A DNA stretch of 37,059 nucleotides from an uncultured Eggerthellaceae bacterium. GTDB lineage: Bacteria; Actinomycetota; Coriobacteriia; Coriobacteriales; Eggerthellaceae. The position numbers and the translations under genes were made by a program. Position 1 is the stretch's first letter, and each line of letters opens with the position of its first letter. Shown here one piece after another: positions 8,670 through 15,992 of the stretch. The notes under the pieces were generated by a model, which had not been told where the DNA came from, did no database searches, and saw nothing but the letters and a program-made list of their open reading frames with translations. The stretch spans positions 1 through 37,059 of the forward strand of contig CANQTB010000001.1 in NCBI GenBank assembly GCA_947626665.1, read 5' to 3'.

Positions 8670-10961
8670 ATGACTGACTTGCCGACATTGAAAGTCAAGT
8701 CAAATATCACCATCGACACGAAGCAAAGCTCGGGAAGGCTTTCCCGCTGGGTCGCTGTTGGACTGATCGTCTTCCTTGTGCTCTATTTCGTTATCACAAT
8801 GAATAACATCAGAACGATCGACGAGCGCATCACCGCGATCAAAGACGGCCCCTACCCCGTTTCCGTTGCTGCCGGCCACGTGGAAACCATTCTTACGCAA
8901 ATTCGCACCCTCGCCTATCGACCCACCCTCACCGATCCGGATAGGGTCATTAAAAGCGTCGAATATTCCTACGAGACCAACAACGCAGATTTGGAAGCTC
9001 AGCTCACTCTCATCAAGGAACAAGACGACCAAAACTACGACCTCGCACAAGGTCTTTTTGACGATTTCTCCGTCCTCATTAACGCCGAGAACGCTTTCAT
9101 CGACTACTGCTCATCTCCTTCCGTAACTCCCGAAGAGGTCGAAGCATACGTCAACGACAACCTCTTCCCCGTTATCGATCGCATGCTCGAGAACGACCTT
9201 GCCCTCCTCGCATCAACAACAAACTTCATCGACGAGAGCTACGACGTTATTTCGGGCGTTCTGCTCACGACGACAATCGCCTCGATAATCCTCATACTTG
9301 GCGTAGCAGCCTCCCTTGCCATTTACCTGACGCTTATCTACCGCAAGAATCAGCGCGAACGACAGCTGCGCGAGAACTTGGAAAGCGCCCTCGAGATCGC
9401 CCAGAACGCCAACGCTGCCAAATCGACGTTCCTCTCGAACATGTCGCACGACATCCGCACCCCGATGAACGCCATCATCGGCCTCACCACCATCGCAGAC
9501 ACCCACATCAACGATACCATTCGCGTAAAAGAATGCCTCACGCGTATTTCCACCTCGTCAAAACACCTTCTCGGGCTTATCAACGACATCCTCGACATGG
9601 GCAAAATCGAAAGTGGCAAGCTGACGCTCAATGAGGAGCAGTTCTCGTTCCCCGAACTTATTTCCGGCTTCATCACGATCATCCAACCCCAAGTGCGCGC
9701 GAAGCACTTGAAATTCGACGCCTCGCTTCCCAACGTGAAGAACGAAATGCTCATCGGCGATTCCATGCGTCTTAACCAGATGATGCTCAACCTCATGGGC
9801 AACGCCATCAAATACACGCCTGAAGGCAAGGCCGTGAGCATTTTCATCGAAGAAGAGCCCTGCGAACGTGCCGGGTATCACAACTATCGCTTCGTCTTCA
9901 AGGACGAAGGCATCGGCATCTCCCCCGAATTCCTCAAGGTCATCTTCGACCCCTTCGAGCGCGAGAACAACGAGACAACGCGCTTTACCGAGGGCACGGG
10001 CTTAGGTCTTCCGATCACGAAGAGCATCGTCGAACTCATGGGTGGCACCATTAACATCGAGAGCACGCCGCATGTCGGCTCCACCTTCACCGTCGTCATT
10101 CCCTTGAAAGACGGCATCGATCCGGAAGAGGGCGACGATATGGCCGCACTCTATGGGCTGCACATGCTTATTGTCGACGATGATGAGCTTGTGCGTGAGA
10201 GCACTCATGAAACCTTGAGCGAGCTGGGGATTCGCAACGAGACCTCGCCCTCGGGCCATCACGCGGTGGAGATGGTTCAGGCTGCCCATGCCGACAATGA
10301 CGACTATCATGCCGTTCTTCTTGATCGTTTTATGCCTGGCATGGATGGTCTCGATACCGCACGAAAGATTCGCGAGATAATCGGAGACACAACGCCGATC
10401 ATTCTCGTGACGGCATACGATTACAACGAGATTCAGTCAGAAGCCATCGAAGCCGGTATTACGGCGTTTATTTCCAAGCCGCTCTTCAAATCCCGTATTT
10501 ACCACGTTCTGAAGCTGCAATGCATCGATGGCGGCGTTGAAACCTTCCAAGTTGTCGAGAGCGCCAAAGATGCGCAGTTGCAGGGGCGCGTTCTTCTCGC
10601 TGAAGACAATGAGCTCAACAGTGAGATTGCCTCTGAACTCATCACTCAACTCGGACCTGAGGTGGAAGTTGCAACAAACGGCCTTGAGGCGGTTGAAATG
10701 GTTGATTCAGCTGATGAAAACTACTATCAGTTGATCTTCATGGATTGGCAAATGCCGCAAATGGACGGCATCGAGGCAACGAAGACGATCATCGATCATG
10801 CACGACGCACGGGGCGCAACCATCCGCCGATCGTCGCGATGACGGCGAATGCCTTCAATGAGCATCGCGATATGGCGCTGGAGGTTGGCATGGATGGCTT
10901 TATGGCAAAGCCGATCGATGTGAAAGAACTCGAGAAGATTCTTCGAAAATACCTTGGATAG
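8670..10961 (+). CDS. hybrid sensor histidine kinase with two C-terminal receiver domains
   Basis: Two TM segments flank an extracytoplasmic region of about 170 aa. H-box SHDIRTPMNAIIG, N-box LMGNAIKYT, G1 DEGIGI, G2 GTGLGLPI. REC1 is LIVDDD...LLDRFMPGMDG. REC2 is LLAEDN...IFMDWQMPQMDG...AKP. Confidence 0.9.
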   Translation: MTDLPTLKVKSNITIDTKQSSGRLSRWVAVGLIVFLVLYFVITMNNIRTIDERITAIKDGPYPVSVAAGHVETILTQIRTLAYRPTLTDPDRVIKSVEYSYETNNADLEAQLTLIKEQDDQNYDLAQGLFDDFSVLINAENAFIDYCSSPSVTPEEVEAYVNDNLFPVIDRMLENDLALLASTTNFIDESYDVISGVLLTTTIASIILILGVAASLAIYLTLIYRKNQRERQLRENLESALEIAQNANAAKSTFLSNMSHDIRTPMNAIIGLTTIADTHINDTIRVKECLTRISTSSKHLLGLINDILDMGKIESGKLTLNEEQFSFPELISGFITIIQPQVRAKHLKFDASLPNVKNEMLIGDSMRLNQMMLNLMGNAIKYTPEGKAVSIFIEEEPCERAGYHNYRFVFKDEGIGISPEFLKVIFDPFERENNETTRFTEGTGLGLPITKSIVELMGGTINIESTPHVGSTFTVVIPLKDGIDPEEGDDMAALYGLHMLIVDDDELVRESTHETLSELGIRNETSPSGHHAVEMVQAAHADNDDYHAVLLDRFMPGMDGLDTARKIREIIGDTTPIILVTAYDYNEIQSEAIEAGITAFISKPLFKSRIYHVLKLQCIDGGVETFQVVESAKDAQLQGRVLLAEDNELNSEIASELITQLGPEVEVATNGLEAVEMVDSADENYYQLIFMDWQMPQMDGIEATKTIIDHARRTGRNHPPIVAMTANAFNEHRDMALEVGMDGFMAKPIDVKELEKILRKYLG

Positions 10962-10964
10962 AGG

Positions 10965-10994
10965 GCTTGAAGCTCACAGGCTTGAAGCTCACAG
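10965..10994 (+). repeat. perfect 15-bp tandem duplication (GCTTGAAGCTCACAG x2)
   Basis: Read directly, 4 nt after the kinase stop codon. Confidence 0.9.
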
Positions 10995-11016
10995 CTCTCT
11001 CAGTTGAAAAGTTGCG

Positions 11017-11050
11017 AAAAAAATGCCGAGGCATTTAAGCATGCTCGGCA
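11017..11050 (-). terminator. intrinsic terminator (minus strand)
   Basis: The minus strand reads TGCCGAGCATGCTTAAATGCCTCGGCA followed by TTTTTTT. It lies about 105 nt downstream of the small zinc-ribbon ORF. Confidence 0.6.
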
Positions 11051-11155
11051 ATCACGGTCGATGCAGGGGTTTTCATGCCTGCTGCGCCGGTGACTTGCTC
11101 ACTCCCCCTTTATAAGCCGAGACGCCGACGCTGCAGGCTTTACGTGCGTTCGCCC

Positions 11156-11305
11156 CTATTTCACCGCTCCAATGCGGCAAATCGTCGTTCCGCAGTCGGG
11201 GCACGTGCCCTTTACGATAGGCTTGCCGTTTTTGGTCGTGCCTTCTTTGGGATCCTTCATCTCTTTCTTAGCCTTGCATTTGACACAATATGCTTCGATT
11301 GCCAT
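11156..11305 (-). CDS. small zinc-ribbon protein (DUF5679-like), 49 aa, absent from the ORF track
   Basis: Hand translation: MAIEAYCVKCKAKKEMKDPKEGTTKNGKPIVKGTCPDCGTTICRIGAVK. It has CxxC...CxxC. GAGGAAAG Shine-Dalgarno about 5 nt upstream. A terminator lies downstream. Confidence 0.6.
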   Translation of the reverse strand: MAIEAYCVKCKAKKEMKDPKEGTTKNGKPIVKGTCPDCGTTICRIGAVK

Positions 11306-11473
11306 TACTTTCCTCTTTCATCCGTCGTTTCCAATAATGCAACTTTTACATGCCGCTCGTTGCGACAAGAGCCTCTTCGCACAGATTCGCTGAAAATCCC
11401 ACGTCAGCGTCACATGCACCGCGCATCATTATACTGGTGATAAGCCTCTTATCAGCGATTATTTTGGAACCAC

Positions 11474-14400
11474 TCATATATTTCTGAGCAATTCCATGAC
11501 AAAGTTAGCATTTGCTTGGATAACTTCGTCATCGATATTTTCAAAAACATCGTTTTTCGATCCAAAATATGCCGGAAGCGGTCCGTCCATGCCAACAAGA
11601 TGCATCGCTTGATGCCCTTGCTTTTGAGCAACAGAAGCTGCGGTGTCTGCCCAAGCGAGGCTCGCCTCGCCGATATCAAATCCCATGCTGTCGGCTGCTT
11701 TTTGAACATAGCGCTTCATGCGATTGGAGGCATTAACCGTTCCAGCAGCCCCCTCACTCGTTATAAGGCTCAAACGACCTGCACCTAAGGCGCCTATATC
11801 TATCACGATCGCACCACGCATATCTTGCGCGTGTTCCGCGAGAAACGCCTTCATGCCGGCATCCCGTGCGAGTTCAGCACCAAGCGCCACAAACCAGACC
11901 TCCATGTTCAATGGCGGATTATGGAACCCTTCAAGTCGCTGAGAAGCATATCTCTCGTCTTGGCCAAAAGCATATTCATCATCGCTGTATGGCGCATAGC
12001 CGCCTTCCCAATTTCTGTGCTGGTTTCGTTGCTCCTCAAATTTGTCGCTTTCTTCTTGGAAGCTTTCCCATCCGCCTCGAGCGGCTCCGATTTCCCGTGC
12101 ATCGAAATCCTCTTCGACATCGAGCCATTCTTGAGGGCTTAACTCGTCAGCATTCCTCTTGCGGTTGCGACGGAACCTTCCGAAGATGCGTGATGCGCGC
12201 GACTTCGGCATATCCACATGGGAAGCAGATGCATATGCCCCTCCCTCTTCGAATTCGCCGATATAGGCACTGTCGTCGGCGTCAACGACGAACATTTCAT
12301 CATCGTGATGTTCGAAGTGCTCAATCTCTCGCTCTTGTTCAGAAGAAAGCCCTTCCATCACCCCTGAGGTGCCAAGAAGCATTCCCGAACTCGGTGTGAA
12401 CGGATCAGAAACCTTAACGGGGGGAATCGCCACGGTTTTTTTACTGGCAATGTCTTCTGCTGAAGCTGAAATGGTTTGCGCTTCGATAGGCTTAAACGAT
12501 GTGCTGATATACGGAAGAGCGCCAAGTCCTTCGCGCACGCTTGCACCTTTGCCTTCGCTCACAATCATGGGAATACGCTGGGACAAGGACTTTTGATCGG
12601 GAAATGCCTCCACCTCGGGCGCACCCGCCTTCGAAAATGCAATCGGCGCCGGTTGTTTTTGGCTTTCTTCAAGAGGCATAAGATCCTTTTCAGCCTTCAT
12701 GGTATCCGGCAAGATCATTTGGCGCTTGCGGCGTTTCTTCCGTTCTTTCTTCTTCTCAAAATCATTTGTCGTAATTGCCGCGAGCGAAGGAATGCTTGCC
12801 ACCGCAGAAGCAACAGCTTCGGAAGCCGTTGCCGCGGTTGGTGCTTCTTTCTGAGATGCTCCAGCTTTCAAGGCCTCTTGGGTTCCCTGAGCTTTCTCGG
12901 CCTCTTCGAAGACGTTCACCGGCATAAAGCCTATCGTCTTGCCGTCAACAAGCTCTTCCCCTGCCGGCTGCTGCGCGAAACTCAACTGAGGCTGATCATC
13001 TGATGCTGCACCCTCAATGGTAGAGCCAGCTCCTTGGTAAAGTGCTTCCATACCCTCTCCGGCTTGCATTCCCAATGCAACCGCTTCGGTTGCAGAAAGC
13101 GTATTATCTTCGCCGGAAGCTTCATCTTGCAACGTCGGAGCTTTCACATTCATGATATTTTCGCGAATCTGCTGAAGCCGCTGCCTCGCATATTCAAGAT
13201 CAGGCTGCGGAGCTTCCTGTTGGGCACGGGCGCGACTCACTTCCGCCGCCGTATCCAGCGCATCGGCAAATTGTGAACGCTGAATGTTCGTTGGGCCGTT
13301 CTCGGTCTTTTTTGCCTTCGCTTGGGCGGCCTTGAACCAATCGGGCACATCTTTGTGTTCGAAAGGCGTCGGCGCAGCGAAAAACGTTTGTTGTTGAGCT
13401 TGCTCAAGCGCCTCTGAGGCGGCTTGTCCGGCAGAGACTCCATCCTTGTCAACAAGGCGCTCGCGAAGTTCTTCGGCACGGTATCCTGCCCTTGCAGCTA
13501 CCTCTTCGGAAAGGGCGGCATCGGCTGCTGTCTCGGCGGCCAATGCTCTTTCCTGCATGACCGCTCCATCAACGGGAGCTTGCACCATCGTGGCTGCAGA
13601 CGAACCTTGTCGGTATGTTCTTCGCTCAACGGGGCGTCCGGTGAAAGCCTCGATGGCTTGCTTTGCCGCCTCAAGCCGCTCCTCGGCACTTCCCAGCTCG
13701 CCTGAAGCTGCAGGAGATGGGCTTGCCGCTGCAGCGGCGATGTTCAGGCGATTGAACGCGACGGTGGCGTCGGGATCGATCGGCGCATTCGGCTGAACCG
13801 CTTCGTTATAAACGAGGTCGGCATTTTGAGGAACCACTCCTGCCGCAAATGCCGCCTCTAAGCCATGAACAACAGGCTGGCCATCTGCCTCGCCTAAGAA
13901 CTCGGGCGAAGGGCTTTCTTGGGCCGTATAGGCATAACGGCGTGCAGAGCTGATCTGTTCGGCAAGCCCCATAAGAACACCGACACCAGAAGCATTGCAG
14001 TTGGCGCCCACGCTGTATTTCGCAGTCTTGCGCATAAATGCTCCGATTGCCGCGATCAGCGCAAAGGCGGCAACGATTATCGTTATCACGCGGAGCACCA
14101 CTAAACCGGCTCCGGCAAGATTCGGAAGGAAAATTCCATGCAGGATAACGAGAAGGGGCAGCACGATCATGCAAACGAGCTCGATGCGCATGATAAGCGG
14201 CATCAGCGACGCCAAGCCGCTATGAAGATCGGGGCGCAGCTTGCCACTATCGTAATGGGCAACGAGGATGACCTTGCGCCGACGACTCCCTCCTTGTTTG
14301 GCAGAATAGTCGGGCACATAATGTGCCACCACGTTCTGGCTCAATCCCTTGCTGAGCATTCGTGAAAGAACCGGCCTTTCGAACGCCTCCATCGCATAGA

Positions 14401-14677
14401 TTGCCGCCGTAATCACCGTTATGATGATGGCAGGTACCGCCATAAAGGGGATGAACAGGGAAAGCATCGCGAACACGAACGCGATGACGCACACGATGAT
14501 CGTCGTTTTCTCGTAATCGATAATGCAGTTGAAATCTTCAATCACCGCGGAAAGCCCTGCTTCATGTTGAAGCTCATTTGCGATATATTGCGCCGCCGCC
14601 TGCTCCTCTTCGGTTCCTGCAGGACGCGAGCCGATCTCTTGCGACAAATACGCTACATGGTCTTGTATTTCAGCCAT
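11474..14677 (-). CDS. large M28-peptidase-like membrane protein with a long low-complexity insert
   Basis: N-terminal HVAYLSQEIGSRPAGTEEEQAAAQYI, ...NVVAHY...VILVAHYDS and ...GANCNASGVGVLMGLAE, plus C-terminal FVALGAEL...VIDIGALG, resemble M28 blocks. Several hydrophobic helices interrupt these blocks. About 600 aa in the middle are Ala/Glu/Gln/Ser-rich. Confidence 0.7.
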   Translation of the reverse strand: MAEIQDHVAYLSQEIGSRPAGTEEEQAAAQYIANELQHEAGLSAVIEDFNCIIDYEKTTIIVCVIAFVFAMLSLFIPFMAVPAIIITVITAAIYAMEAFERPVLSRMLSKGLSQNVVAHYVPDYSAKQGGSRRRKVILVAHYDSGKLRPDLHSGLASLMPLIMRIELVCMIVLPLLVILHGIFLPNLAGAGLVVLRVITIIVAAFALIAAIGAFMRKTAKYSVGANCNASGVGVLMGLAEQISSARRYAYTAQESPSPEFLGEADGQPVVHGLEAAFAAGVVPQNADLVYNEAVQPNAPIDPDATVAFNRLNIAAAAASPSPAASGELGSAEERLEAAKQAIEAFTGRPVERRTYRQGSSAATMVQAPVDGAVMQERALAAETAADAALSEEVAARAGYRAEELRERLVDKDGVSAGQAASEALEQAQQQTFFAAPTPFEHKDVPDWFKAAQAKAKKTENGPTNIQRSQFADALDTAAEVSRARAQQEAPQPDLEYARQRLQQIRENIMNVKAPTLQDEASGEDNTLSATEAVALGMQAGEGMEALYQGAGSTIEGAASDDQPQLSFAQQPAGEELVDGKTIGFMPVNVFEEAEKAQGTQEALKAGASQKEAPTAATASEAVASAVASIPSLAAITTNDFEKKKERKKRRKRQMILPDTMKAEKDLMPLEESQKQPAPIAFSKAGAPEVEAFPDQKSLSQRIPMIVSEGKGASVREGLGALPYISTSFKPIEAQTISASAEDIASKKTVAIPPVKVSDPFTPSSGMLLGTSGVMEGLSSEQEREIEHFEHHDDEMFVVDADDSAYIGEFEEGGAYASASHVDMPKSRASRIFGRFRRNRKRNADELSPQEWLDVEEDFDAREIGAARGGWESFQEESDKFEEQRNQHRNWEGGYAPYSDDEYAFGQDERYASQRLEGFHNPPLNMEVWFVALGAELARDAGMKAFLAEHAQDMRGAIVIDIGALGAGRLSLITSEGAAGTVNASNRMKRYVQKAADSMGFDIGEASLAWADTAASVAQKQGHQAMHLVGMDGPLPAYFGSKNDVFENIDDEVIQANANFVMELLRNI

Positions 14678-14769
14678 GAATTCGCCTTTCTGGTACTTTT
14701 TGGCTCCTTGGCGTGTTATGGCACGTCAATATACCATCCCGTAAGGGCATATACGGAATTGATTATACG

Positions 14770-15969
14770 CTATTTGTCCGTATCACCCAAATATTCACGC
14801 AGATAGGCATCCGTCTGTCCGGCACGTTGGCGTTCCTCCGAATAAGCATCGATATCCTCGGACAACGGGGCAGCGACAAGGCGTGATATTGCATCGGAAG
14901 GATCACCATCGAGCTTTTCGGCAAGAGCCGTCGCCTCTTCATCTGCCTTGGTATAGAGGTCGGTTTGCTCGGCGAGTGCCTCCTTATCGCGGTCGATATA
15001 GGCTTGATCAGCAGCGATGGCGTATCCGGCTGCTTCTATGCGCTTTTTTACATAATCGATATAACTTCCCAGATCGCTATCCTCAACGCTATTGGCTACA
15101 TCATCAAAAGAGGCAAGCGCCTCCTCAAACTGCTTCTTCGCTTGCTGGTCGAGCTCGAGCGCACGTTGAGCATTTTCTTGCCCCGTCTGCGAAGCGAGTA
15201 CTGCCGCATCGCGCGACATCGTGTCGGCGGATACCAAAAGCTGCCATCCATTGTAAGCCTCTTTCACCGCACGTTCCGCTTCGAAGGATTCTTCTAGGAG
15301 CTTGCTGCCCATATCGATCATCGCAATACGAGCATCGATAGAGACAATGGCCTGATCTGCGGTTCCTGCATCGTCGCCGTTAAGCTGCGCCTTGAGGTCT
15401 TCAATCACGCTACGATCCTGCTCAAGTTGCGATTTGGCGGTCTTCAAGGAAGGAGCGAGCTTGTTGAATGCCTTCTCACTTTCGTCAAGCGAGGAAACGT
15501 AGGCGCTTGCCGGCGTGAGATAATTGCCCTTTTCCTCAATACGATCAGCAATAAGCTCATCAAGGGAGATCAGCGGCTCATCGGTGGAGCTTATTTCCTC
15601 AATGGCCTGAACAAACGATGCATGCAGGTTGGTGTTGTTTTGAATGATATTTCCGATCGCCGTTGCGGCAAAGCCTACGACAACGGCTACTACAACTATG
15701 ACAAGCGAGGCGATGAGCGCCTGACGGCGACGGCGTGACCTTTTCCGTCGTTTGATCTCATTGATCGGCGGCACGAAGGCGCTGTTCGCTTTCTTCATCG
15801 TCGCCTTGACGTTTTGCTCGGTGAGAGGAAGCGAGGGGGTGCTCTGCGCACCGTCGGAAGATTCTTCGCTTATAGCGTCGAGCACGCTGAAGGAAATCTC
15901 GTTCGAGGTTCCCTGTGTCTGACGCTTAACGTATGCTCCCGAAAAGAGCTTGTGTTTCTTTTTAAACAC
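14770..15969 (-). CDS. hypothetical single-pass membrane protein with helical Ala/Glu/Asp-rich ectodomain
   Basis: 399 aa. Basic RRKRSRRRRQ followed by the TM segment ALIASLVIVVVAVVVGFAATAIG. The start is 23 bp after the dinG stop. Confidence 0.6.
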   Translation of the reverse strand: MFKKKHKLFSGAYVKRQTQGTSNEISFSVLDAISEESSDGAQSTPSLPLTEQNVKATMKKANSAFVPPINEIKRRKRSRRRRQALIASLVIVVVAVVVGFAATAIGNIIQNNTNLHASFVQAIEEISSTDEPLISLDELIADRIEEKGNYLTPASAYVSSLDESEKAFNKLAPSLKTAKSQLEQDRSVIEDLKAQLNGDDAGTADQAIVSIDARIAMIDMGSKLLEESFEAERAVKEAYNGWQLLVSADTMSRDAAVLASQTGQENAQRALELDQQAKKQFEEALASFDDVANSVEDSDLGSYIDYVKKRIEAAGYAIAADQAYIDRDKEALAEQTDLYTKADEEATALAEKLDGDPSDAISRLVAAPLSEDIDAYSEERQRAGQTDAYLREYLGDTDK

Positions 15970-15992
15970 TCAACCTGCCCTTTTGCGTTCCA

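Noticed and set aside
10965-10994. Possible CRISPR or other array
   Set aside because: There are only two directly abutting copies, with no spacers and no cas genes.
11075-11440. 121-aa plus-strand ORF
   Set aside because: It is antisense to the small zinc-ribbon gene, which has a Shine-Dalgarno sequence, a CxxC pair and a terminator.
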